Shown here: in pieces, positions 1-8,973 of the stretch | Layout of the letters: each line of letters starts with the position of its first letter | How positions within the stretch are numbered: the stretch's first letter is position 1 | NCBI GenBank assembly: GCA_964472415.1 | Contig: CAYYLC010000001.1 | Location: forward strand, 67,269-131,268 | Origin: an uncultured Gammaproteobacteria bacterium | GTDB lineage: Bacteria > Patescibacteriota > Microgenomatia > Levybacterales > GWA1-39-11 | Length of the DNA: 64,000 nt | Direction: 5' to 3' | Position numbers and translations under genes: made by a program | The notes under the pieces: model-generated | Databases searched by the model: none | What the model was told of the DNA's origin: nothing | What the model saw: the letters and a program-made list of their open reading frames with translations, nothing else

Positions 1-387
1 AGTATAGAAAGAAGCAAGAGTGAGTTTGAATATCTTGTTATTGGCTTAAAACTATCTCGAGGAGAACTTAAGAAAAGGATTAGCAAACGAGTTGAAGATC
101 GAATACGAAATGGTGCATTGAAGGAGGCACGGAAATTATTTAAAGATTACAAAAATCTGAGCTCTCAGGTAACAAGTGCAAATGGGTATAGGCAATTATT
201 TGAATACTTTCTTGGGGAGATAGCCTATGATCAAGCAATAGAAAAATGGAAATTATCAGAATATAAACATGCAAAAAATCAGATGACCTGGTTTCAAAAA
301 GATGCGAGAGTTGTGTGGTTTGATGTAGGAAATAAAAGTGTCTTTGAATCTATAGAACAGAACATAGATACATTTCTGCGTACTTGA
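1..387 (+). CDS. miaA: tRNA dimethylallyltransferase, C-terminal part (5'-truncated by window edge)
   Basis: Frame 1 is open from base 1: LVIGLKLSRGELKKRISKRV..GALKEA..SANGYRQ..HAKNQMTWF, matching the MiaA C-terminal motifs (L..RI..RV, IGY+E/Q, AKRQ.TWF). Confidence 0.9.
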   Translation, partial: SIERSKSEFEYLVIGLKLSRGELKKRISKRVEDRIRNGALKEARKLFKDYKNLSSQVTSANGYRQLFEYFLGEIAYDQAIEKWKLSEYKHAKNQMTWFQKDARVVWFDVGNKSVFESIEQNIDTFLRT

Positions 388-412
388 CTCAGTGAATAAA
401 TTGGCCTATAAT
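384..412 (+). promoter_or_regulatory. sigma70-type promoter of rnpB
   Basis: TTGACT (384-389), 17-nt spacer, TATAAT (407-412); the RNA's P1 helix begins at about 421. Confidence 0.8.
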
Positions 413-420
413 AAGTATAG

Positions 421-770
421 CCTTAGGAAGAAGGGTCGTCGCCTTGACCGTAGTAGGTTGGGGAGGAAAGTCCAGACAGGTTTAATGCCAGGGATGGAAC
501 GTAAGTTCCGGCTAGTGATAGCTAGTGTCTAGTTCCTTTATCCACATGTGGGAGCTAGAACAGGTACGGAATTAACCGGACCTGAGAGCAACAGAGACGA
601 GTGGAAGTGAAACGGGCAATCCTACCTGCTGCAACCTCCGATCGATGTAGGACGCATTATCCGCGTCGCGTAACTCGCGGCAACATCGAAGTTTGAGGGC
701 ATCAGATAGATGACGATCAAACACCGTTAGTAACGTGTTCAACAGAATCTGGCTCACTCTCTTCCTAGGG
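421..770 (+). ncRNA. rnpB: RNase P RNA
   Basis: Universal motifs GAGGAAAGTCC (about 463-473), AGCAACAGA, GTGAAACG, AGATAGATGAC and AACAGAATCTGGCT. The 5' CCTTAGGAAG pairs with the 3' CTTCCTAGGG (P1), GGTCGTCG pairs with TGACGATC (P2), and a T6 run follows. Confidence 0.95.
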
Positions 771-793
771 TTTTTTAATGGTAAAATACTTGC

Positions 794-3700
794 ATGGTGA
801 CTACGGAATTCCAAAGACAATATGACTCTTTAAATCCTGCGCAGAAAGAGGCTGTTGACGCGGTAGAAGGAGCGGTAATGGTTGTTGCAGGTCCAGGAAC
901 AGGGAAAACAAAAACGCTTACAATTCGTATTGCAAATATTCTTTTAAAGACGCAAATTAATCCTGAAAACATTCTCGCGCTTACATTTACTGAGGCAGCT
1001 GCATATGAAATGAGAAAGCGACTTTTAGGGATTATTGGTCAGGATGCATATCGAGTAGAGATTACGACATTTCATTCGTTCTGTAATAATTTCATTAGGA
1101 GTCATCAAGAGGAATTTTCTGAAATTATCGCCTCAGATAGTATTAATGAAATTGAGCAAATTCAGATTTTAGAAAATATTATAAAAAAACTTTCACTTGA
1201 ACACATTAAGCCGCTAGGGGACTTAACGCATTATGTAAAGCCAGCACTTGCTGCAATAAATTCTTTGAAAATGGAAAAAGTCTTGCCGGATGAATTTATG
1301 AGTGGACTTTTGCAAATGGAGCAAGAAATTCAAAATAACGAAGATTTGCTTAACACGAAAGGAAAATACAAAGGAGAGATTAAGAGTAAGTACAAGAAAG
1401 TTTTTAAAAATATAGAAAAAAATAAAGAGCTCGTGCAAGTCTATGAAGCGTATCAGAAAAAATTACGTGAGCAAAAGAAATATGATTACTCAGATATGCT
1501 TTTGGAAGTTTTAAGGCAACTTGAGAATCATGCATATCTTTTACAGTATTTACAGGAGCGATTTCAATATTTTCTCGTTGATGAACATCAAGATACAAAC
1601 TCTGCTCAAAACATTTTAGTGGAAATGATGGCTTCATTTTTCGAAAACCCAAACTTATTTGTCGTGGGTGATGAGAAGCAGGCAATTTATAGATTCCAAG
1701 GTGCAAGCCTAGAAAACTTTTTATATTTTAAGAAAAAATATCCCGAAGCAAAGCTTATAAATCTTTCAGAAAATTATCGATCAACGCAAACAATTCTAGA
1801 TGCAACCTATTCGGTTATTTCCCATAATCGTCTTTCGACGGAAGTTTTTTCGGAAAGTATTGGACTTGTAAAAAAATCTAAATACAGAGAAGAAAAATTA
1901 AAAAAAGCAGAATTTTCATCATTTGATAACGAATATTATTGGCTTGCTGAAAAAATAAAAGGGCTTTTAAAAACGACTGATGCGAATAATATTGCAGTAT
2001 TGGTCAGAAACAATAATGATTTAAATCCTCTTACACCAGTGCTTGATAGTGAAAAAATTCCATACGAAGTAGAGTCAGAAAATGATGTTTTAGAAGATAT
2101 CGATATAGGAAAAATGATTCTGCTCCTTAGATCAATTAATAAGCCAATGGAGAATGAGTATATGCTAAAGGTAATGCTCATGGATAATTTTGAGATTAAT
2201 CCAATAGACGTGTTTAAAATTTCTCGAGAGCAGCATGAGAGAAAAATTCCCGTCTGGGAAGTATTAACAAACATTTCGCTTCTTAAGAGTTTGAGTTTGA
2301 TTGATATAAACGCAATTAAAAAATTCGTAAACCTCTATTCAGCTGAAAATGGGGGTTTGCTTAAACTTACCAGTAACAGCAGGCTTGATGAAGTATTTGT
2401 TGAGGCTTTGAATAGATCGGGGCTTATTAAAAAAATTCTCGAGAAGCCATATGCGCAGGAGATTCTTGCGCGTTTTGCACGATTATATGATGAAGTAAAA
2501 GAGATGGTTGGGAAAGACGGTTCAAGTTCGCTTTCTGATTTTATTTCCTACATAGATTTATTGAAAGATCATAAAGTATCTTTGAAAAAGAATACTCACA
2601 TAATTCCTGAAGGAGTCGTAAGGCTTATGACAGTTCATAAATCAAAAGGGCTCGAGTTTGATTATGTATTTCTAATCAATACGCACGATACGCATTGGGG
2701 AAACAAGAGAAGACGTGGGGCAAGGTTTGATATTCCTTGGGAGTATTTAGGTAGAAAATTAAAAGCAGAAATTGAAGATGAAAATAATGATGAGAGACGT
2801 CTTTTTTATGTGGCGCTAACCCGTGCACGGAAAAATGTATTTATCACATTTTCTAATTCTTCAGAAGATGGTCGTGAGCAGATTGCCTCTCAATTTCTCA
2901 CAGAAATTCCCGAAGAGCTGATTGAAGAAATTGATGTAAGAGCGTTTGAGAAAAAATTTGTAAATAATCAAGAAAGAATTTTTAAGCCTATTATAAAAAA
3001 TAAGAAGTTAAATTTTTCAAAGGAATTTGTAGCAGAAATTTTTAGGCGTCAGGGATTATCAGTTAGTGCATTAAATAATTATCTCGAATGTCCATGGAAA
3101 TATTTTTTTATAAATTTACTTCGAATTCCTGAAAAAATAGATGATTCTGGATTATTTGGAAACGCAGTCCACGAAGCGATAAGTAAATATATTATAACGG
3201 TTAAAAAGGGAGATGGAGATAAGAATTATCTTATAAAAAAATTTGAGGAATCAAGATTTCTGGAAAGTATTAACTCATCTGAAAAAGAACGATTTACAGA
3301 GCGAGGATTGAAGGCACTGAGTGGGTTTTATGATGAGCGAATGCAGTATTGGGAAAAAGATGTAGAGACAGAAATGGAAATTAAAGGGATTAGAATTAGC
3401 GACAATTTATTTTTGAATGGGAAAATTGATATGGTAGAGCCCCTCGATAAAAATATGAATGTTAATGTGTATGATTTTAAAACTGGTAATACGAAATCGA
3501 GAAATGAAATAGAAGGAAAAACAAAAGACAGTAAAGGAAATTATAAGAGGCAGCTTGTGTTTTATAAATTATTACTAGATCGATATCGAAATGGATTTTT
3601 TAAGATGAAGCAAGGGGCGATAGAATTTGTGGAGCCTAATGAAAGCGGTACTTATAAGCGTGAGATATTTGATATTACGAAAGAAGAATCGGCAGATCTT

Positions 3701-3811
3701 CTTCAAAAAACCTTAGAAATGTCAGAAGATGTTATTAATTTGGCATTTTGGGATGATCGATGTGATGATAAGAAGTGTGAATACTGTAAATTGCGAGACT
3801 ATATCGTATAA
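794..3811 (+). CDS. UvrD/PcrA-family ATP-dependent helicase fused to a C-terminal PD-(D/E)XK nuclease (AddA/AdnAB-like)
   Basis: AGPGTGKT Walker A, LTFT, VDEHQDTN, VGDEKQAIYRFQGA, NYRS, TVHKSKGLEF and ERRLFYVALTRA. Nuclease motifs GKID..YDFKTG..QLVFY; Cys pattern ECP...C-x4-C-x2-C. Confidence 0.92.
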   Translation: MVTTEFQRQYDSLNPAQKEAVDAVEGAVMVVAGPGTGKTKTLTIRIANILLKTQINPENILALTFTEAAAYEMRKRLLGIIGQDAYRVEITTFHSFCNNFIRSHQEEFSEIIASDSINEIEQIQILENIIKKLSLEHIKPLGDLTHYVKPALAAINSLKMEKVLPDEFMSGLLQMEQEIQNNEDLLNTKGKYKGEIKSKYKKVFKNIEKNKELVQVYEAYQKKLREQKKYDYSDMLLEVLRQLENHAYLLQYLQERFQYFLVDEHQDTNSAQNILVEMMASFFENPNLFVVGDEKQAIYRFQGASLENFLYFKKKYPEAKLINLSENYRSTQTILDATYSVISHNRLSTEVFSESIGLVKKSKYREEKLKKAEFSSFDNEYYWLAEKIKGLLKTTDANNIAVLVRNNNDLNPLTPVLDSEKIPYEVESENDVLEDIDIGKMILLLRSINKPMENEYMLKVMLMDNFEINPIDVFKISREQHERKIPVWEVLTNISLLKSLSLIDINAIKKFVNLYSAENGGLLKLTSNSRLDEVFVEALNRSGLIKKILEKPYAQEILARFARLYDEVKEMVGKDGSSSLSDFISYIDLLKDHKVSLKKNTHIIPEGVVRLMTVHKSKGLEFDYVFLINTHDTHWGNKRRRGARFDIPWEYLGRKLKAEIEDENNDERRLFYVALTRARKNVFITFSNSSEDGREQIASQFLTEIPEELIEEIDVRAFEKKFVNNQERIFKPIIKNKKLNFSKEFVAEIFRRQGLSVSALNNYLECPWKYFFINLLRIPEKIDDSGLFGNAVHEAISKYIITVKKGDGDKNYLIKKFEESRFLESINSSEKERFTERGLKALSGFYDERMQYWEKDVETEMEIKGIRISDNLFLNGKIDMVEPLDKNMNVNVYDFKTGNTKSRNEIEGKTKDSKGNYKRQLVFYKLLLDRYRNGFFKMKQGAIEFVEPNESGTYKREIFDITKEESADLLQKTLEMSEDVINLAFWDDRCDDKKCEYCKLRDYIV

Positions 3812-3821
3812 TTATATAGCT

Positions 3822-4544
3822 ATGGAAGAGAGTGATAAGCCTTTTAAGATTCCCTTTATAAAAAAAGAACAATTGAATAGCGACACTTATTCTTTTTATT
3901 TTAAACGGACAGAAGAGTCCCGTGATTTTTTACCAGGACAATTTTTTGAAATATACCTTCAGATTAAAGACCCTGATGAGCGGGGGCGCGATAGAGTATT
4001 TACCTGTGCTTCTAGTCCTACAGAAAAAGAGTACTACATGATTACAACCAGAATTATAGAGAGCTCATTTAAAAGAGAGCTATTAAAACTTGAAGAGGGA
4101 GATCTCGTGAGATTTAGTGGTCCATGGGATGATTTAAACTTTGATGAGAATGAAAAAGCTCCACAGGTTTTTTTGGCGGGAGGTATCGGGATAACGCCAT
4201 TTTACAGCATTGTGCAATATATGATAGATAAAAATCTGCAGATGCCAACAAGGCTGTTTGTGTCATGGAAGAAGAGGGATAATATGATATTTCATGAGTT
4301 TTTTAAAAATGCAGAAAAGATTCTTTCTGATTTTACCTATATCCCAACAATAACTGAAGATACATGGGATGGAGAAGTGGGGAGAATTGATGATGGAATG
4401 ATAAGAAAATATGTAAATGAAATAGAGGATTCTCGATATAGAATTGCAGGACCCGAAGGGCTTGTAAGAGCGATGAAGGATTTGGTAAAAAGCCTAGAAG
4501 TTAAAAAGGACAATATTATCGCTGAGGAGTTTGAGGGTTACTAG
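3822..4544 (+). CDS. Ferredoxin-NADP reductase-like FAD/NAD(P)-binding oxidoreductase
   Basis: FLPGQF, RVFTCASSP (RxF/YS), LAGGIGITPF, IAGPEGLV and C-terminal EEF. Start taken at ATG 3822. Confidence 0.88.
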   Translation: MEESDKPFKIPFIKKEQLNSDTYSFYFKRTEESRDFLPGQFFEIYLQIKDPDERGRDRVFTCASSPTEKEYYMITTRIIESSFKRELLKLEEGDLVRFSGPWDDLNFDENEKAPQVFLAGGIGITPFYSIVQYMIDKNLQMPTRLFVSWKKRDNMIFHEFFKNAEKILSDFTYIPTITEDTWDGEVGRIDDGMIRKYVNEIEDSRYRIAGPEGLVRAMKDLVKSLEVKKDNIIAEEFEGY

Positions 4545-4806
4545 CAGATATTAGTTGTTCTTTTTTTTGTTTATCTAATTTTTTGATTTCAGTTTCTCTT
4601 CTCATTGCTAAACTTTTTGTTCCAAATTTTTCAGAATATAATATTCTTACTGGGCGCCTTGATCTGGTATATTTTGCACCTGGTAATTTCCCTGTTCCAT
4701 TATGTTCACTTTCTCGAACTGAAATATTTGTAGTGTAGCCAGTGTAGTACGTGCCATCAGAGCAGAGTGCTATGTATACATAGTATCTTTCTAATAAATT
4801 ATCCAT
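4516..4806 (-). CDS. Stand-alone GIY-YIG nuclease (UPF0213/YazA-like)
   Basis: YYVYIALCSDGTYYTGYTTNISVRESEHN..GAKYTRSRRPV..AMRRETEIKKL. Confidence 0.9.
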   Translation of the reverse strand: MDNLLERYYVYIALCSDGTYYTGYTTNISVRESEHNGTGKLPGAKYTRSRRPVRILYSEKFGTKSLAMRRETEIKKLDKQKKEQLISASNPQTPQR

Positions 4807-4888
4807 ATCACTAATATAGCTTAGCAGATTGTTCAAAAAAATTGTTAATTTTAGATTATTATGGGTTCGGCTCTTATTCTATAGCTAG

Positions 4889-4908
4889 TTTGTGATTTGT
4901 GTCACAAG
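4889..4908. promoter_or_regulatory. Perfect CRP/FNR-family-type operator palindrome (also Rex-like)
   Basis: TGTGA-TTTGTG-TCACA at 4891-4906, extending to TTGTGA/TCACAA, in a long intergenic region. Confidence 0.5.
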
Positions 4909-5040
4909 TATCTTGTAATATTTTATACATACAAAGAGATTTTAAAATACTAGTATAGAGATAGAATGAGAATAACCTTTTTCAAAAAAGCACATCTACA
5001 ATCTCTGAGGAAAATAGTGTAGCTTTAGGGGGTGATATAT

Positions 5041-5205
5041 ATGAAAATAGAGGTAATACCACTGAATATAAGAAAGATAAAGCATAATAGTTTAGGTAAT
5101 TATGCTGAGTATTTGGATGAGCTTATAGGAATGAAGCTTCGTGAATGGAATAAGATGAAGAGTGCGATAACTCCTCGACGAACTTTAAAAAAGGTACTCA
5201 CATAA
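5041..5205 (+). CDS. Putative 54-aa small protein (not in ORF track)
   Basis: MKIEVIPLNIRKIKHNSLGNYAEYLDELIGMKLREWNKMKSAITPRRTLKKVLT, preceded by a strong SD-like GGGGGTGA 5 nt upstream. Confidence 0.4.
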   Translation: MKIEVIPLNIRKIKHNSLGNYAEYLDELIGMKLREWNKMKSAITPRRTLKKVLT

Positions 5206-5335
5206 TATTAAGCTTTTAAAAGTTCGAATTTGAGGAGGATGGAAGCTAAGTCACTATGGGGTAAAGCATGTTATTTTACCCCGATATTATTGAAAAAAAT
5301 TGCAGAAGAATTAAAAAATTGTTGAGAGAACTAAT

Positions 5336-6292
5336 TTACTCTATAAGCTTCTTAATCTTTTTATCCTCAACTTCCCCTAATTCATTTGTTGTCTCTATTT
5401 GTTGGCCGAGTTTGTTAAATCCACTTGTTACTGATGTCATCATGTTGTAGCTGTTTGTCACATGGCGGGAGAGGGTGTCTAGATTGTCACTTACTTTTTC
5501 ATATTCTTTCTGAACACTTCTTAAATTCGCCAAAATTTTATGCGCTTGTTGGGAAATTTTTTGTCCTTCAAATCCGATGAGGATGGATCTGAGAAATGCA
5601 TAGAACGTCATGGGGGAGACTGCAAGAACTCGTTTCTTTGTGGCATGGTCGTAAAGTGAAGAGTCATTTACGATTTCATAGTACACACTTTCTGAGGGGA
5701 CGTACATGAGCGCAAAGTCTATCGTCCCTTCGTTTGTGAGAATGTATTTGCTAGAGATCGCGTCAATATGTTTTTTTATATCTGAGAGAAATTCTTTTTC
5801 GTAAAGCTTTTTCTCTCTGCTATCTTCTGTGCTATGAGATTTCTTGAAGCTCTCCATGGGGAATTTTGAATCAATCGGGATGATGCCGGCTTCTGTGATG
5901 ATTGCAGCATCCACTATAGATCCACTTTTAAATCTATGTTGTAATTTATACGTATTTTTGGGGAGAAACTGCCCGAGAAGTTCTTTCAGGACTTGCTCGC
6001 CAATGTTTCCGCGAAGCTTTGGGGAATTGAGAAATTCTTGGAGCTCTTTCATGTTCCGTCCGATTTCTGACATCTCACCGAGTGATTTTTGGACGGACGC
6101 AAAAGCTTGAGCAGCAGAATTTAATCTATTATTCATCTCCGTAGAATTTGTATCAAGACGTTTATCCATAGACTTAAGCCATTCGACAACCGTAGTGTTG
6201 TCTTTGGTGTTTTGTTTTTTGGAAATAAGATAGATAACTATTCCAAAGCCAATAATAAGGATTGAAGATATTATGAGTAGATCAATATTCAT
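5336..6292 (-). CDS. rmuC: DNA recombination protein RmuC
   Basis: N-terminal TM helix and coiled coil; PKLRGNIGEQVL, IPIDSKFP, KHIDAISSKYI, TIDFALMYVPSESVY. Confidence 0.93.
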   Translation of the reverse strand: MNIDLLIISSILIIGFGIVIYLISKKQNTKDNTTVVEWLKSMDKRLDTNSTEMNNRLNSAAQAFASVQKSLGEMSEIGRNMKELQEFLNSPKLRGNIGEQVLKELLGQFLPKNTYKLQHRFKSGSIVDAAIITEAGIIPIDSKFPMESFKKSHSTEDSREKKLYEKEFLSDIKKHIDAISSKYILTNEGTIDFALMYVPSESVYYEIVNDSSLYDHATKKRVLAVSPMTFYAFLRSILIGFEGQKISQQAHKILANLRSVQKEYEKVSDNLDTLSRHVTNSYNMMTSVTSGFNKLGQQIETTNELGEVEDKKIKKLIE

Positions 6293-6301
6293 GAATGAAA
6301 T

Positions 6302-6862
6302 TTATTTTACATTAATATTATTCTTTTCCAAAACTTCATAAAGAACTATTCCTAAAGAGACCATGACATTGAGACTTTTGTTTATTCCTAATTGAGGGAG
6401 CTCGACAATTTTATCGCACAAGGAAAGAACATCCTTCGAGATTCCGTCCGATTCATGACCTACGATGAGTGCTATTGGAAGGTCGTAATTTGACTGAGTG
6501 TATTCAATCGATCTGTTATCTAGCTCTACACCAATTATTTTTATGTTAGGCACTGTTTCTCTGAGATGTTTTATTGCGTCTAATGTTTCAGAAAAGTATT
6601 CCCATTCGACCCATTGCCATGTGCCAACTGATGCTTTTTGGATCCTGCTATTTGGTGGAGTTTCTGAGCCTTTACACAAAAATATTTTTTTTGCACCGAC
6701 CGCATCGGCAAGTCGGAAAATACTTCCAATATTATAAGTGTCTAACACATCATCAAGAATAATATAAATATCCTGGCGGGTTTTTTTCAGCTCTTCGAGT
6801 TCTTCTTCTGTTGGGACTTTTATTCTGAGGACTTCTGCTCCAAGTTTATCATTTTTGTTCAT
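6302..6862 (-). CDS. TrmH/SpoU family RNA 2'-O-methyltransferase
   Basis: ILDDVLDTYNIGSIFRLADA, LIVGHESDGI and SLNVMVSLGI SPOUT motifs. Start uncertain (6862 or 6877). Confidence 0.9.
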   Translation of the reverse strand: MNKNDKLGAEVLRIKVPTEEELEELKKTRQDIYIILDDVLDTYNIGSIFRLADAVGAKKIFLCKGSETPPNSRIQKASVGTWQWVEWEYFSETLDAIKHLRETVPNIKIIGVELDNRSIEYTQSNYDLPIALIVGHESDGISKDVLSLCDKIVELPQLGINKSLNVMVSLGIVLYEVLEKNNINVK

Positions 6863-8885
6863 TTTGTTGTGCTTCATTTGCTTTTATGACATCTTCTTTT
6901 TTCCATGCTGCATATTTGCAATTTGGGTAATTTGCGCAACCAAAAAATATTCTCCCTTTTCGTGTCCGTCGTACGATTACTTTTCCTCCATCGTCAGGGC
7001 ATGCAAGATCTGTATCTTCTGTGAATGATTCTTTGTAGTCACATTCTGGGAAATTCTCACATGCTAAAAACTTTCCGAATCTGCTTTGTCTGATGATTAG
7101 TCTTCCATTATCTTTTGGACACATCTTGTCTGAATATTCAGGTTCTACTTCTATTCTTTCTGCACTTTCTGCTTTTTCTAACTCCTTTTCAAATGGTGTA
7201 TAAAACTCTCTCATCATAGGAATCCACTCCATGTTTCCGTTCGCGATTTCGTCAAGTTTATCTTCGAGATTTGCAGTAAACGGAATATCGTCAATATTCG
7301 AAAAGTTTTTTACCAGAAAATCATTTACAGAATTCCCAATTTTAGTAGGGTTGAGCCTTCCTTCTTCTTTTTCAACATAAAATCTATCGTAAAGTGTTGA
7401 GATGGTTGGTGCATAGGTTGATGGGCGACCGATGCCATGTTTTTCTAGAGATGAGATGAGGGATGCTTCGTTATAGCGAGGAGGTGGCGAAGAATTATGC
7501 TCTGTAATATCACTGTTGTTATATTTTAGAATTTCTCCAACTGTAACCTCTGGAAGGATTTGTTCATTTTCCTCTTTCACACTATATACTTTTAAAAAAC
7601 CATCAAACTTGAGGATTCTCCCATTTGCTTCAAATAATAAATCGGAACTATTTGCTTTTGTTTCAATCTGAATTTTTGTCAGTGCATAGATGGCTTCTGT
7701 CATTTGAGAAGCGACTGCACGTCTCCAAATAAGATCATACAGTTTTGCAAAATCTGCACCGAGCTTTTCTTCAATTTCCTTCTTGTCGAGTGCAACGTTG
7801 GTTGGACGAATTGCCTCATGTGCTTCTTGGGCAACTTTAGACTTCGTTTTATAAAGTTTTGGAGAATTAGGAGTGTATTCTTTTCCATATGTTTTTGTGA
7901 GATATTCTCGTGAAGCAGTAATGAAATCATTTGAGAGATTAAACGAGTCAGTTCTATGGTAGGTAATATATCCATTTTCATACAATTTTTGTGCAATACT
8001 CATCGTACGTTTTCCGGTATAGGAGAAACGGCGAAACGCTGCCTGCTGGAGCTTTGAGGTTGTAAACGGAGGGTAGGGTGACCGCTTACTTTCTTTTTGT
8101 TCAATGTTTGAGATCGGAAAGTCTTTTGTAGCGATATCTTTTACAATGTCTTCGAGTTCTTCACGAGTTAGATGTGTTATTTTATAGGAATAAACTCCAT
8201 CGTACAGGTTGAGTTTTTTACTCTCCTCTATACTTTCTCCATTCTTTTTAACAAGATTGAAAATTATATTTGCATCATCATTTTGCTTCGTGAGGATTAG
8301 TGTAAGGCGATAAAATGTTTGTCCTGTAAATTTCCCTATCTCTCGTTCTCGTTCGACGATGAGTCTGAGGGCAACAGATTGAACTCGTCCTGCAGAAAGA
8401 TTTCGCTTTACTTTTTTCCAGAGAAGTGGGGAAAGTTTATATCCTACAACGCGATCTAGAACTCGTCGGGCGGTTTGTGCGCTGACTAAATTCTCATCAA
8501 TCTCTCTCGTATGTTTGAGTGCATCAAGGATCGCATTTTTTGTAATCTCATGAAAGACGATCCTTTTAAATTGGGATTTTTTATTTACTTCTTGAAGAAT
8601 TGTTTTCAAATGATGCGCAATTGCTTCTCCTTCACGATCAGGGTCTGTTGCCAGAATTATCTCCGGTGCATCCTTTGCGATTTTTTTGAGCTCCTTTACA
8701 TTTTTTGTTTTATCTCGTGGGATTATGTAATCGGGGGTAAAGTTGTTTTCCAGATCAACACCAATTCTGCTTTTTGGGAGATCTCGAATATGCCCCATTG
8801 AAGCGATGATTTTATAATCCTTCCCAATAAACTTTGTAAGTGTTTTTGCTTTAGTTGGTGACTCGACAAGTATTAGATTTTTCAT
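6849..8885 (-). CDS. topA: DNA topoisomerase I with two C-terminal Zn-ribbon repeats
   Basis: LVESPTKAKT, ATDPDREGEAIA, SAGRVQS, YITYHRTDS (catalytic Tyr), GIGRPSTYA. Confidence 0.97.
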   Translation of the reverse strand: MKNLILVESPTKAKTLTKFIGKDYKIIASMGHIRDLPKSRIGVDLENNFTPDYIIPRDKTKNVKELKKIAKDAPEIILATDPDREGEAIAHHLKTILQEVNKKSQFKRIVFHEITKNAILDALKHTREIDENLVSAQTARRVLDRVVGYKLSPLLWKKVKRNLSAGRVQSVALRLIVEREREIGKFTGQTFYRLTLILTKQNDDANIIFNLVKKNGESIEESKKLNLYDGVYSYKITHLTREELEDIVKDIATKDFPISNIEQKESKRSPYPPFTTSKLQQAAFRRFSYTGKRTMSIAQKLYENGYITYHRTDSFNLSNDFITASREYLTKTYGKEYTPNSPKLYKTKSKVAQEAHEAIRPTNVALDKKEIEEKLGADFAKLYDLIWRRAVASQMTEAIYALTKIQIETKANSSDLLFEANGRILKFDGFLKVYSVKEENEQILPEVTVGEILKYNNSDITEHNSSPPPRYNEASLISSLEKHGIGRPSTYAPTISTLYDRFYVEKEEGRLNPTKIGNSVNDFLVKNFSNIDDIPFTANLEDKLDEIANGNMEWIPMMREFYTPFEKELEKAESAERIEVEPEYSDKMCPKDNGRLIIRQSRFGKFLACENFPECDYKESFTEDTDLACPDDGGKVIVRRTRKGRIFFGCANYPNCKYAAWKKEDVIKANEAQQNEQK

Positions 8886-8973
8886 AATGATTCAAAAAAG
8901 TATAACATACTTTGCTTTTTTACATTAAGCATGGGATTATAAGGATGAAAATAAGTTTTCGCAAGTTTTTATA

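Noticed and set aside
572-972. ORFs 572-820(-) and 775-972(-)
   Set aside because: They are antisense to the RNase P RNA and the helicase gene and show no protein motifs.
794-3811. Cas4-like nuclease suggesting a CRISPR-Cas locus
   Set aside because: It is the C-terminal domain of a UvrD fusion; I saw no cas1/cas2 or repeat-spacer array in the window.
4516-4836. GIY-YIG protein as a homing endonuclease or intron marker
   Set aside because: It is the short stand-alone UPF0213 type, with no DNA-binding extension and no interrupted host gene.
5206-5450. ORF 5268-5450(+) and nearby short frames
   Set aside because: Mostly antisense overlap with rmuC, with no motif or clear initiation signal.
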